Assembly: GCA_003707115.1 (NCBI GenBank)
Contig: PPNB01000037.1
Coordinates: forward strand, 1 to 59,826
Reading direction: 5' to 3'
DNA: 59,826 nucleotides
Origin: Tortispora ganteri
Lineage: Eukaryota
The notes beneath the pieces were generated by a model. That model made no database searches, was not told where the DNA came from, and worked only from the letters and a program-made list of their open reading frames with translations. Both the position numbers and the translations under genes were made by a program. Shown one piece after another: positions 1 through 10,376 of this stretch. Position 1 is the stretch's first letter, and every line of letters starts with the position of its first letter.

Positions 1-398
1 ATTGGGGTAGTAGTTATCGTTAGTGACAGTTTAGTACCCGCATGAGTATTAACGGCTAATACAACAATATGCAATGGTAATAAGCGACATAATGAGACTA
101 AAATCGAATTTACGTAATCTATCACGACATCTATGAGCTAAGTATCACTAATAGTTTCGTCGGTGATTGGATGGGTGACACGTAGAGTGTATATGTACAG
201 TATGCTGCACACGAGCTACTAGCAAAGATGTACTATAAACATATAAGAAAATTATTGAACGACAATGTGAACTAAATAAGGCTGAACGATTGTTCGCCAA
301 TTCGATCATTAAATCGACAACTGATACATAGTTCGGTCTGCGTAGACATACTAGTTGGCTAGCTCAACCTATATGAATGTGTGAGGTTAGTTTTTCTA

Positions 399-1034
399 TT
401 ATAAATTCTTTTGGTTAACTAAATCTTTAGCAGGATCGGCGCCATTATTCGGGCTTTGAGGCGCTGGTTGGACCTTCTGAATCGACTCCGATTCTTGCAA
501 TAAACGTACCTTAACTTTCTTGTCTGACCAGTTCCTGAAGCTATCTGCCAGTTGGCCCGCCTTGTGAAGTTTCTGCATAGCATCGTTTCCACCCCTGCTA
601 ACGCCACCGACAATCACATTAGGAACAGTTCTCTGTCCGGTCTCTTCTGCGATATAGTCTTGCAAAGCTGCACCGTCGGGATGCTTGTCCAGTTCCACTA
701 CAATAGGTGCAGGGAACAGCTCGTACGTTTTGAACAAAAGCTCCTTGGTGGCGCGGCAGTAGGGACAGTAGGTTTTCGAAAAAATCACAACAGGTGCCAA
801 TGACAAAATAGATGCAAATTCTTTAGCGGCGTCAAATTTCATTTCTTTATCCGATTCTTTTTTGTGGTTACCAGTGTCTTCTGATATGCTGTTGAAGTTT
901 AAGTCGCCTGGTATTCCAGAAACCATGTCAAATAATGCCCTTTTGCTCTCCCGGTCTCTAGAGAGCAGAAATAAGAACCCCAGGGCAATTATAACCCCCA
1001 GTATGAGTACCCGTTGTAGTCTTTTTCCAATCAT
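399..1034 (-). CDS. Secretory-pathway glutaredoxin (Grx6/Grx7-like) with N-terminal signal anchor
   Basis: ATG at 1034 (MIGKRLQRVLILGVIIALGFLFLL, hydrophobic anchor); Grx motifs VIFSKTYCPYC, TVPNV, GG. Confidence 0.85.
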   Translation of the reverse strand: MIGKRLQRVLILGVIIALGFLFLLSRDRESKRALFDMVSGIPGDLNFNSISEDTGNHKKESDKEMKFDAAKEFASILSLAPVVIFSKTYCPYCRATKELLFKTYELFPAPIVVELDKHPDGAALQDYIAEETGQRTVPNVIVGGVSRGGNDAMQKLHKAGQLADSFRNWSDKKVKVRLLQESESIQKVQPAPQSPNNGADPAKDLVNQKNL

Positions 1035-1965
1035 TATATAGTAATAAAACCAATTCGCAAGAAAGCCAATTAGATAATGTTTCAATTATTACAGTGTAGT
1101 TTCAAAATTCGTGTCGATGCCGTAAGTCTGTCAAACCGATATTTGGTTCTATCGCTGCCGCAGAGTACGCCCCTAAGCGACCGAATAAAAGCTCCTTTCT
1201 GCTTACTTGGCTCTGAGAAAGCAGAAAATAAAAGGTGATATTAAAAAGAACAAAAATCTCAATCCTCTTAGTTGTCTAAAAGGTCGCTTATGTCTTCGCG
1301 CGAATGAGATCCTTCACAGACAAGCTCAAATTGTCGAAACAGATAGTGTTACAAAGCTGGTCGTAAAATGCTAAAAATATAGACGTCTACTTCTGTTCTC
1401 TGCTCAGAATATTATAAACACAATAAAGTAGAACCTTTAAATACCCGGAATTAGATATTTAGACACTATCGCTGCTCCTAGTTCACTTAAAACCTCGTTC
1501 ACTTATGAGCGCGTTCCAATCGTGTCGTAAGTGGAAGAGGTTGAGTAAGACATGCTTAATTATAGTATATCATCATATAAGCTTTTGTAACAAAAACCCG
1601 TAGAAAGTGTTCAATATAAAGCATGTGCAATTCTAGCACTTCACGTTGCAGCTCATGAATACGCCAAAAACAGCCTGTGTTTCTAAATCTACTGACGCTA
1701 CTCGCATCCTCGCAGTGTCCAGCTGTACTATGAATCATTATACTCATCGTTTAGTTCCCAGAAACCACCTGAATTCATCCAAAATAAGCTTCATTTATTA
1801 GGTTCAGTATGGAAGAAGACACATCAGAATCCAGACCGCCCGGTCAACCTAGTACAGTTGCTTTAGCAACAAAAGCCTCTTGTTACAGGACTAGAATCGT
1901 CTTCTTGGTCTTAATAATATATACAAAGCGTTTTCGATCGATCCGATGCCTGCATGAATCTTTAA

Positions 1966-2877
1966 TCAGTTCCCAAATATCCGGAATATTTGGGCCGTCA
2001 ATACCCCCTGCAGTGTGACTCGGAAATAGCGCGGCAGCCATCCCGCCCACATAGCCTTCAACGGCTTGTCTGACGTCAGAAACACTCTGTACATCGCCTT
2101 GAGACTGTTTCGATTGTATAACGCAGGTGCGTCGTGAACTTGCATTCGGGTTTTCACTACATCGATTGGCTGCGTCAATGCGATCACCGCCGCCGACGAC
2201 AGAAGAACACCAGCTGCTGATGCCCATGATTCGGGTACATTGCCCTCTGACAACTGCATGATAGCATTAAATGCCGTAAATCTGACTCCAGAATTGGCAA
2301 TTTGTCTTAAAAGTGTAGGACTCCACCCTTGTAGCAATCTCATTGCTCCTCCTTGTTTGATCTCGTCAAGCACAGACACTTTACCGTCCTTAAACGCTGC
2401 TCGCTCTATAGCAGCAACTTTCATGTTTTCAAACGGTATTAATGTGAGGCTCTCTGCACACCCTGCAAGCATTGATGCAAATAATATATTGGCAGCCTGA
2501 TCCATCTGTAGTTCTTGCTTCAGCATATGGTTGTACACCGTAAACCGAACGCCCGTCTTGGTTAATGATCCAACTGTCATCGCAGTCAGTCCACTATACC
2601 AAGAGAGTCCGATATTTCCTAATTCAGGAAATTGATTTGGTTTAGAAGTGTATGTTAATATTTTTTTAGGAGCTTCTAATGCTTTATTTCTTCCGAGTTT
2701 TGGTCCTTGTGGCCTGCTAGACTTTTCCTCTACAACTTTCATGGCAAATCTCGGTGCTAGTTGCTCAACAGTCTTGATATACTCTAATGGATACGTCAAG
2801 CATAACTCCGAAACTGATGCGATCATAGATAACCTCATAGTTTTGAAGTCTTTCAGGTCCAATGGCTGTTGAACCAT
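1966..2877 (-). CDS. Mitochondrial carrier family protein (CTP1/YFR045W-like)
   Basis: Three carrier signatures PLEYIKT, PFENMKV, PIDVVKTRMQ; 303 aa. Confidence 0.85.
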   Translation of the reverse strand: MVQQPLDLKDFKTMRLSMIASVSELCLTYPLEYIKTVEQLAPRFAMKVVEEKSSRPQGPKLGRNKALEAPKKILTYTSKPNQFPELGNIGLSWYSGLTAMTVGSLTKTGVRFTVYNHMLKQELQMDQAANILFASMLAGCAESLTLIPFENMKVAAIERAAFKDGKVSVLDEIKQGGAMRLLQGWSPTLLRQIANSGVRFTAFNAIMQLSEGNVPESWASAAGVLLSSAAVIALTQPIDVVKTRMQVHDAPALYNRNSLKAMYRVFLTSDKPLKAMWAGWLPRYFRVTLQGVLTAQIFRIFGN

Positions 2878-3011
2878 AGTTTCGGGCGGTTAAATATGTG
2901 TGCTAGTTAAATGGCGAGTTAAGGTTACGCAGCAGAAGGAGGTATTGAGGCACCTAAGTGTCTGCAGACCGTATTACACAGGATCTTCGCTAAGTAATAT
3001 CATTAATGATG

Positions 3012-3080
3012 TTTTTTTAACGGAAAAAAAAAAATAAAAAAAAAAAAAAGAGGGAAAAAAAAAAGGTGGGGAGAGAGAGG
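3012..3080. repeat. Poly(T)/poly(A) and GA low-complexity tract
   Basis: Long A runs and gagagagagg between the DHH1 stop and the carrier ATG. Confidence 0.8.
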
Positions 3081-3133
3081 TGGAGAAGGATAAGAGTGAA
3101 AGTGAAATGGTGCGAAAGTGAGCGGCGATATGT

Positions 3134-4567
3134 TTAAGGTCTAAACACTTGTTGAGAAACAGGTTGAAGGTCTTGAGCTCGATATGTATTGCGAGAGCTC
3201 TGTGCATTTCTATCTCTCTCTGTGTTAAAGCCAGATTGGTTGCTTCTGTGATTTGCTTGCTCGTCATTGCTTCGGTTGCGATGATTATTTCGAGTAAATG
3301 AATTAGGAGTGCTCGATTCAAGGTCAAACTTAGGACGAGGAATTGCATCAGGGTTGTCATAAACATATAGTGACTTGTCAATTTGTGGCGGAATAGGCCG
3401 AATCTCTGTGGCAAGTTCTTGTTCAATCTTGTAAAGATTGAAACGATCGCCCCAGGAAATAAGGTCTATAGCCAACCCTCGGTGACCAAAACGGCCAGAT
3501 CTGCCTATTCTGTGTAAATAGGTTTCGGCAGTTTTAGGAAAATCAAAATTAATTACCACATTAACAGCTTGAATATCAATACCGCGAGTAAAAAGATCAG
3601 AACATACTAAATTTCTAGCATTTCCGTTTCTAAAGTCATGGAAAACTCTGTTACGGTCTTGTTGAGGCATTCTGGCATGAAGATAGAATGTAGAGAATCC
3701 AAGTTCAGTCAATTTGCGTGCAAGCAATTCCACTCTGTTGGCAGAATTACAGAATATAATACATTGATTAATCTGAAGTTTGGAAAAAAGTGTGTTGAGA
3801 CAATGAAGTTTTTCCTTTTCCTCCACGAAAGCATAAAATTGTGAGATACCTTCAAGAGTTAGCTCGTCCATCAAATTTATCTCATATGGCTTGGTCAAAT
3901 GCTTATCCATAAAGGCTTTAACAACCAAAGGAAATGTTGCGGAAAACAACATGATCTGACGGTCTTTAGGGAAGAAGACCAAAAGGTCTTCGATAGTCTT
4001 TGTAAATTCACGACTGAGAAGCTTATCAGCTTCGTCCATGATGAAAAAGGGACATTTAGAAAAATCTGCGATGTTCCTTGAAGCAAGATCGAGTACCCTT
4101 CCAGGAGTAGCAACAATAACATGAATAGGGTCATTCAATCTCATGATATCGTCTTTCAGGCTCGTCCCACCAAAAGAGGACATTACTTTCAAGCCATTAA
4201 TATGCTTTCCAAGTGTTTTGCAGACATTAGCGGTTTGCAAAGCAAGTTCACGAGTGGGGACAAGAATCAGAGCCTGGATTGAGTCGATTGAAGTATCTAC
4301 CTTCTCCAGCATAGGAATGATGAACGCAGCAGTTTTACCAGTACCATTCTTCGCTCTGGCAATGATATCGCGACCCATAAGGGCGATCGGAATAGCCTCT
4401 TCTTGGACAGGTGATGGTTTCTCAAATCCGGCTTCAAAAATTCCCATAAGGAGCTCTCTTCGAAGGTAGAAATCTTCAAACTCAGTGCCCTTGGTAGCTG
4501 TGACATCTTTCGTGAGAGTCCTGGTGTCTTTCTGAGGGATGTTCAGTTCAGATTTCCAATCGCTCAT
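3134..4567 (-). CDS. DHH1: DEAD-box RNA helicase Dhh1 (DDX6)
   Basis: [49 protein letters not shown]. Confidence 0.97.
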   Translation of the reverse strand: MSDWKSELNIPQKDTRTLTKDVTATKGTEFEDFYLRRELLMGIFEAGFEKPSPVQEEAIPIALMGRDIIARAKNGTGKTAAFIIPMLEKVDTSIDSIQALILVPTRELALQTANVCKTLGKHINGLKVMSSFGGTSLKDDIMRLNDPIHVIVATPGRVLDLASRNIADFSKCPFFIMDEADKLLSREFTKTIEDLLVFFPKDRQIMLFSATFPLVVKAFMDKHLTKPYEINLMDELTLEGISQFYAFVEEKEKLHCLNTLFSKLQINQCIIFCNSANRVELLARKLTELGFSTFYLHARMPQQDRNRVFHDFRNGNARNLVCSDLFTRGIDIQAVNVVINFDFPKTAETYLHRIGRSGRFGHRGLAIDLISWGDRFNLYKIEQELATEIRPIPPQIDKSLYVYDNPDAIPRPKFDLESSTPNSFTRNNHRNRSNDEQANHRSNQSGFNTERDRNAQSSRNTYRAQDLQPVSQQVFRP

Positions 4568-5026
4568 ATTGGTGTTAGTGCAGAATGATTTTTTACAGTT
4601 TATTGTATTTTTTTTTTCTTTTGAGGTTCAGGAGGTAATTTCTTTCTGCGGAACCCAAGTTCGATGATAGCGGACAGCGAAGGGGGAATACGAAAAGTAA
4701 AAAGCAAAGAAAACTGGCAAAACAACTAAGAATAGGTCGCAAAAGTTCGATAGTTAGGTAACTTTTCAACAATCGTTTATTTAAATCGATTTGTGTTAGC
4801 AGGAAATAGTGCAAATAATACTTGGCTATCGAAATAAATCAGGAAAAGTAGAAAAACTCGTCAAGTATATGTACGGTGCAGAGACTCCGAAAGTATGTGA
4901 TTATAGGTGATATTGTATAGGGTTAAGGGTTATCTGGTTTGTTCGCCGATAGCCCCTGTATAATTATTGAATAGAGTCATTTGCCGTATTACTATATTGT
5001 TACCATCCCGAATATTTAATTCCGAT

Positions 5027-8000
5027 TCATTGTGAATGAGTTTTCTGTCTTGGATCAGGCATCTGAAAGATATCTACACCTTTTCGAATGCGTACATTTC
5101 CCATGTTCTGAGGTGTGATGAACAACGTTTGAAACTGTCCCTTACTATTCCCTGCAGATGATGTAGCTGCATCCATCATTAATTCCATTCCGATCTTTCT
5201 GTTCACAGCATCCATAAACACATCGAACTCGTCAAGCGCTCGTAATGGTGTAGCAATAGCTTCCCATAATGCAAGAATCAAACATATCTGTGCGAATGAT
5301 CTCTCTCCGCCAGAAAGTGTGCGAGTATTATTATTCTCAGAGACCTGATCTGAGTCTGAAGTATCAACATTGATGATTAGCTTTTCATTCTCTCTGTCAA
5401 CAATCAGGTTGCCTGAAAATCCACGATACTCCAAGCACTTGCTGAATGATTCTTTGGCCCTGACTATGACTTGCGAACTCTTTCTGTGGAAAAACATCTC
5501 TCTTTCAGAATAAGTCTCATTAAGCGTTCGATAAAGCGTATCCCATTTCTCAAGCATTTGCTTAGAGTTATCAATCTGCTCAACAGATTTATTGTACATA
5601 TCCATTAACTCGTCAATGTGGACACCAATCTCTCCAGCATACTTCTCTGACAATTGCTCTAACTCTTTTATTCTATTCGCAATTGCGCCATCATCGTAAT
5701 ATTCTTCGGCGATCTCAACCCTCTCGCACACTTTGCTAGCTTCTTCAACCATTCTGACGACATCTTGTTTGCTCTCTTCAATTGTCTGCTCAATATTCGC
5801 AATTTGCTCTATTAATGTGTCTTTCTCTTTTGAAATGTTATTCATCGTAGACTCAATTTTCATGCTTTTCTGAGTCCTGCGATCTAATAACAATTTGGCA
5901 TTATCAACATCATTCTCTAACCGTTTGAGCTCTTCGTCAGTGTTAGAAATGAATGCACTGATCTCTTCTTCTTTCTTCAAGAGTTCATCCACAGTCGCAG
6001 CAATAGCATCAGACTGAGCTTTTGTGACTTTCAATGCTTCTTCTTTTTCAGCAATATCCTCTGCCAGTTTATCTGAAGACTCGTCGTCCAATTTGCGCTC
6101 GAGTTCATAGTTGAGTTCTTTTCGCTTGGTAGAAAGGCGTTGTATTTTATTTAAAGTCTCCATAACTTGCCGCTTAGCTGTCTTAAACTGATCTTCCGTA
6201 TCTCTTATATCGCTCTCGACTCTTCTGAGCCGCGTTTTCTTCAAGTTTATGTCTTGTTCAAGCTCTGCAATATCATTCTTTAAATATCCAATAGCAGTCT
6301 TCTTGTCAATCTGTAATAAAACACTCCGCGCGCGTGCAAGTAAAGGGGATGTAGACATATTCTTTCTGCCAACCTCTAGCACGTATCCTTCTCTGTTATT
6401 TGTTTCATGACGTGCTAGACATTTAGAAACATTCGACAAGCCACCTTTTTGAATCAGTTGCAAGGCTTGTTTGCGTCCAACGACTAACATGACCTTGTTT
6501 ATATCGACCATATCGATTAAATACCGCTCAATGTAAGGCTCTTTAATGTTGAGAACGCGAAGAATAGTTAGATGGTCAGGGTGAGGTTCCGTGTACGAAA
6601 AGTTGTCATCGGGTCTATGAGCAATTTGAATACCTTGAAGTCTGTTGCGCTTGGCCATCTCGCGCACTGTCTGGTAGTCTTGATACGACTTGCAAACAAA
6701 CGATGAGAGCGTGGTTTGCGATAAATATTGCTGAATTAAGAATATCCAGGCTTGATGCTTCTCTTTGATTGACACGTAGTTACCAACTGGGCCGAAAGGC
6801 TTGTGCTTGAAAGTTCCTGGAGGGGCTCTGTCAATTAAGTCAGCCATTCTGCGAACATCGTCAGGAAATCTAGTGTTCTGAGACCTTTCAGACTTCAAAG
6901 CATTTTGAAGATCCTTGCGCTTGCCATTTAGCTCATTCTCTGCTTGATAAAGGTCATGCTTTGCCTTCTGTAGGTCCGGTCGCTCTTTTTCTAGAGCTTC
7001 GTCCAAACTGTCCATTTCAGATCTGTACTCTTCTTCTTTAGATTGCAGCTTTTCTATCTCTTTGTTAGCAGACTCTATCGATTCCTTCAGCTCGGCAATA
7101 ACTTTTGGAGCTTCGCTCAACTCGCTAAGTTGCTCTTTAATAGACTTTATTTCCTCTTCTTTAGTTTGTAGGTCTTTAAGCGATTTTTTGTAATCTTTCT
7201 GATTAGATAGTAAAGATTTACGCGTATCAGAAAGATCATCGATGACTCTCTGCACTTTGGATCGGAAATCAGCGTACTCGGTAGTCAAAGTAGAGACGTT
7301 CTCGCGAGCTTCGTCAACTTTAGCCTGCTGTTTACCTTTCGCATCAGCAAGCTTATCGAGATTATTCTGCAATGGTTCCAGTTTTCTTTTCATTTCTTCT
7401 AGAGAAGATTCGGTATCTGCTAAGTACTGTTCCATGATTCTCACAGTATTCCAAGTCTGTATTTTGGCCATATCAGCTATTTCTAGTTGCACTCTGATCT
7501 GATCTGTTGACCTCTTAACGCGATCATATATGAAGTGATTTTCGCGTTCAAGTTCTTCGAGCTCTTTAAACTTTGACTGGATGCTCTTGCCGACATTGTC
7601 TATAGCTTTCTGTAGGCAGGAAAGTTCGCTCTGCCAATCAGAAAGGGCCAGGCCCCGCATGAATAACCGGTACTTCACAGATTCGGAAGACGAAGCAATA
7701 AAAGTACGCGCAGTATCTTGGCCCATAATTACCATTGAATTATCTGCCATAAGATTGAACTGGTCTGCGATAATGTCAAGCTCGTCCCTAGATCTCGATA
7801 CAAGGGTACCAGTGTGCGAGTACAGAGCATAATATGACTTGCCTGTGATATCGAAGCGGCGTTCGATTCTTATTTGAGGTCCGTATTCTTCGTACTTATA
7901 GCTTCCAACCCCAGAGTTGGAAATAGTGACGGAAATTTTAGCTGATTTTGCGCCGCTTCGAATTAAACTCTTTATACTTGTAGCTCTCTGTGTTACAGAG

Positions 8001-8335
8001 GCTTTTCCTCCAAGACAGACCATAAGGGCGGCCAAAACGGCGCTTTTACCAGAACCGTTGTGGCCGACGATGAAGTTTATGGCTGGGCCAAGAGTTACTT
8101 CAAGGTGTTTATGGCACATGAAGTTTTCAAGAACTAGTTTGCTAATTATTCCTGGCGTATCGTCATTTTTGGCTGGATCTGGTGTAGATTTATCAGCTAA
8201 CTCCTTATTTTTGTCTAGTTCTTCGTTTTCGTTGTGATGCTGACTGTTTCGACGCGTAGCAAGTTTCTTACGCGGACTGTAGTCAGTGTTGGAATCATGA
8301 TCGGTAAGTGCATGTTTACGTTCAACTACAGGCAT
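5027..8335 (-). CDS. SMC6: Structural maintenance of chromosomes protein Smc6
   Basis: LENFMCH, GHNGSGKS Walker A, coiled coils, LSGGERSF, LDEFDVFMDAVNR; first ATG at 8335. Confidence 0.95.
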   Translation of the reverse strand: MPVVERKHALTDHDSNTDYSPRKKLATRRNSQHHNENEELDKNKELADKSTPDPAKNDDTPGIISKLVLENFMCHKHLEVTLGPAINFIVGHNGSGKSAVLAALMVCLGGKASVTQRATSIKSLIRSGAKSAKISVTISNSGVGSYKYEEYGPQIRIERRFDITGKSYYALYSHTGTLVSRSRDELDIIADQFNLMADNSMVIMGQDTARTFIASSSESVKYRLFMRGLALSDWQSELSCLQKAIDNVGKSIQSKFKELEELERENHFIYDRVKRSTDQIRVQLEIADMAKIQTWNTVRIMEQYLADTESSLEEMKRKLEPLQNNLDKLADAKGKQQAKVDEARENVSTLTTEYADFRSKVQRVIDDLSDTRKSLLSNQKDYKKSLKDLQTKEEEIKSIKEQLSELSEAPKVIAELKESIESANKEIEKLQSKEEEYRSEMDSLDEALEKERPDLQKAKHDLYQAENELNGKRKDLQNALKSERSQNTRFPDDVRRMADLIDRAPPGTFKHKPFGPVGNYVSIKEKHQAWIFLIQQYLSQTTLSSFVCKSYQDYQTVREMAKRNRLQGIQIAHRPDDNFSYTEPHPDHLTILRVLNIKEPYIERYLIDMVDINKVMLVVGRKQALQLIQKGGLSNVSKCLARHETNNREGYVLEVGRKNMSTSPLLARARSVLLQIDKKTAIGYLKNDIAELEQDINLKKTRLRRVESDIRDTEDQFKTAKRQVMETLNKIQRLSTKRKELNYELERKLDDESSDKLAEDIAEKEEALKVTKAQSDAIAATVDELLKKEEEISAFISNTDEELKRLENDVDNAKLLLDRRTQKSMKIESTMNNISKEKDTLIEQIANIEQTIEESKQDVVRMVEEASKVCERVEIAEEYYDDGAIANRIKELEQLSEKYAGEIGVHIDELMDMYNKSVEQIDNSKQMLEKWDTLYRTLNETYSEREMFFHRKSSQVIVRAKESFSKCLEYRGFSGNLIVDRENEKLIINVDTSDSDQVSENNNTRTLSGGERSFAQICLILALWEAIATPLRALDEFDVFMDAVNRKIGMELMMDAATSSAGNSKGQFQTLFITPQNMGNVRIRKGVDIFQMPDPRQKTHSQ

Positions 8336-8440
8336 TTTTGTCAACCTTTATTGCATAATATCCGATAAGTATAAATGAGTTTATGTGGTGCAAAAGGACG
8401 TGTTAAGTCAGGTGTTTTTGGTTGGTGCTAAAGAGTCGAA

Positions 8441-8504
8441 ACGCGTGAAAGAGTTCAGTTTTCAAGTGCGAACTCAGTTAAAGTTGGGACTCTATGTCAC
8501 GTGA
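8441..8504. promoter_or_regulatory. MCB (ACGCGT, 8441-8446) and Cbf1-type E-box (GTCACGTGA, 8496-8504) upstream of SMC6
   Basis: Exact motif matches about 105 and 160 bp upstream of the SMC6 ATG. Confidence 0.5.
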
Positions 8505-8576
8505 TCATAAACCTAATAATTTGATTTTGTCTATTCATGGAAATGAATGAATAAGTCGAAAAACGAGCAAGTGGTT

Positions 8577-10277
8577 TTATGAATCAAGAATCTGTAAGGC
8601 AGCATTAAACTTCGAGATCAGTTCGTCGCTATCCTCTAGCCCGACGCTTACGCGTATAAGATGCCGCTGTATCCCGAATTGGGCAGCCCATTCGAGTTCA
8701 CCATAATGGGCCAGAATAACATAAGGACTTGTTAAGGTAAAATTGGTACCTAGACTGGGTCCCTTATATGTATCAAGAGCATCATAGAACTTTATAGCGT
8801 TTTCTTCAGTGTCGAAAAGTACCGAGAAAAGACCACCATAGCCTCCATTAACTGTGCGACAGAGATCGTAGTACTTCCTTGTAGGGTTGAAATAAGGATA
8901 GTAAACTTTTTGGATGTATTTACTATCTTTCAAGAAAGTGCAAAGCTTTAAGGCATTAGTATCAATAATCTGAGCTCTAGTTGCAAAAGATCGACTATTA
9001 CGCTCAAGAATTATAGCATCTTCTAACCAAAAAGTGTCTTCGTAGATCGAATTCTGCATTTCGATCAGTTCTTTATACATTCTGCCCGTGTTGTTAATAA
9101 TAAGACAGCCAGCCATTACATTACTATCTCCGGAGAAAAGTTTTGTAAGGCTAGAGCAAACTATGTCTGCATACTGCAACACGTTGACGTTTACGTAGTT
9201 GCCGATAGTTTCATCGACCACAACAAGGAACTTGTAAGTATCTGCAAGTTCGCGGATCCTTTTCAAGTTGCCACATTTCAATAAAGGGTTCGAAGGAAAT
9301 TCACAAAATAGCGCCAAAAATCTTTCTCCAGAGGCTAGGCGTAGCTGTAAGTTGTCGAGGTCTTCATCCTCACCATTACCGTAGAACAGCATTCCAGGGC
9401 CAAACTTCTCAAGCACCTTAGGCGTATCCGCGTATGCGAACCCGAAGCAAATAGATTTAAGAGACTGCTTGCATATTCTCAACAGAAGCTGGTGTGCATT
9501 GTAAATAGAGCTCATTCCGGACGGGTAGAGGAACACATCGTTCTCTGATAGTTCATCCTTGCGGCTACTCGGTTTTGCGCGCGTTTGTACTGGTTCGCTC
9601 TCAGAGGCGATGGCTTTATCATCATCAGCTGTTCCTGCAATTCGCCGTCTAAGAGCTGTTTTAGCAAGTCCTGCCAAATTAATATTGAGAGTTCTACCAA
9701 ATCGTTCCTGCATAAACTCGTCCATTTCGTTGGACTCGAGTTGGTCAATTGTACTTGCTGGCTTTTCACGGGCGTACTGTCTGTGTGGTGGTCGTGTGTG
9801 TGCAGCGCTGGTTTGTCTATGTTTTTCGGACAGCATTCTGTAGCAGAATTCAGCAAATCTGCTAGATATAATATTGCCCGAATGCTGCCAATACTGTTTG
9901 GCGAGCGGGAACAGTTCCTGGTCGAAAAGCACTATGCAGATATTTTCGGGTTCTGCGGCCTCGATAGATGGTACCGACAACTGGATAGTACGCATTGTAG
10001 CTTCAGGAGCTCGCTTTACCACAAAGTCTCTGCACTGACATCCTATATTGTACGATCTGAATACTAGACATTTTTCGTTTGGCTTACCGTACTTCCGTAT
10101 AAGGAGATCGTTCAGACGTACTACGTCATCATGTAGTCGAAACCGCGGGTACCCAGTCTCCATACTTTTGACTACCCATTCCGCGCCTTCTTCATATCCG
10201 ATATTCGATTCCCATGTAGGCAAACTAACAGAAACAGCGTGTCTTTCTGAAGGCGGTATTGGTTTACCTAATTGCAT
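8577..10277 (-). CDS. STR2: Cystathionine gamma-synthase
   Basis: HAVSVSLPTW, GYPRF, CEFPSNP, VVDETIG, SLTKLFSG (PLP Lys), KGPSLGTNFTL; ATG at 10277. Confidence 0.92.
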   Translation of the reverse strand: MQLGKPIPPSERHAVSVSLPTWESNIGYEEGAEWVVKSMETGYPRFRLHDDVVRLNDLLIRKYGKPNEKCLVFRSYNIGCQCRDFVVKRAPEATMRTIQLSVPSIEAAEPENICIVLFDQELFPLAKQYWQHSGNIISSRFAEFCYRMLSEKHRQTSAAHTRPPHRQYAREKPASTIDQLESNEMDEFMQERFGRTLNINLAGLAKTALRRRIAGTADDDKAIASESEPVQTRAKPSSRKDELSENDVFLYPSGMSSIYNAHQLLLRICKQSLKSICFGFAYADTPKVLEKFGPGMLFYGNGEDEDLDNLQLRLASGERFLALFCEFPSNPLLKCGNLKRIRELADTYKFLVVVDETIGNYVNVNVLQYADIVCSSLTKLFSGDSNVMAGCLIINNTGRMYKELIEMQNSIYEDTFWLEDAIILERNSRSFATRAQIIDTNALKLCTFLKDSKYIQKVYYPYFNPTRKYYDLCRTVNGGYGGLFSVLFDTEENAIKFYDALDTYKGPSLGTNFTLTSPYVILAHYGELEWAAQFGIQRHLIRVSVGLEDSDELISKFNAALQILDS

Positions 10278-10376
10278 TGTGTCGAGGAAGTTACATTGCT
10301 CGAGAACCAAAAAAAAACTCTATTTTTTTTCTCTTTGCCAAACCACCGTTTTCGCTGAACTTTGATCTGAACAAAT

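Noticed and set aside
1556..2227. Small ORFs between the glutaredoxin and the carrier
   Set aside because: Short or overlapping the carrier, with no motifs
2974..3426. 150-aa ORF overlapping the DHH1 3' end
   Set aside because: Alternative frame running into a poly-T tract (Phe run); spurious
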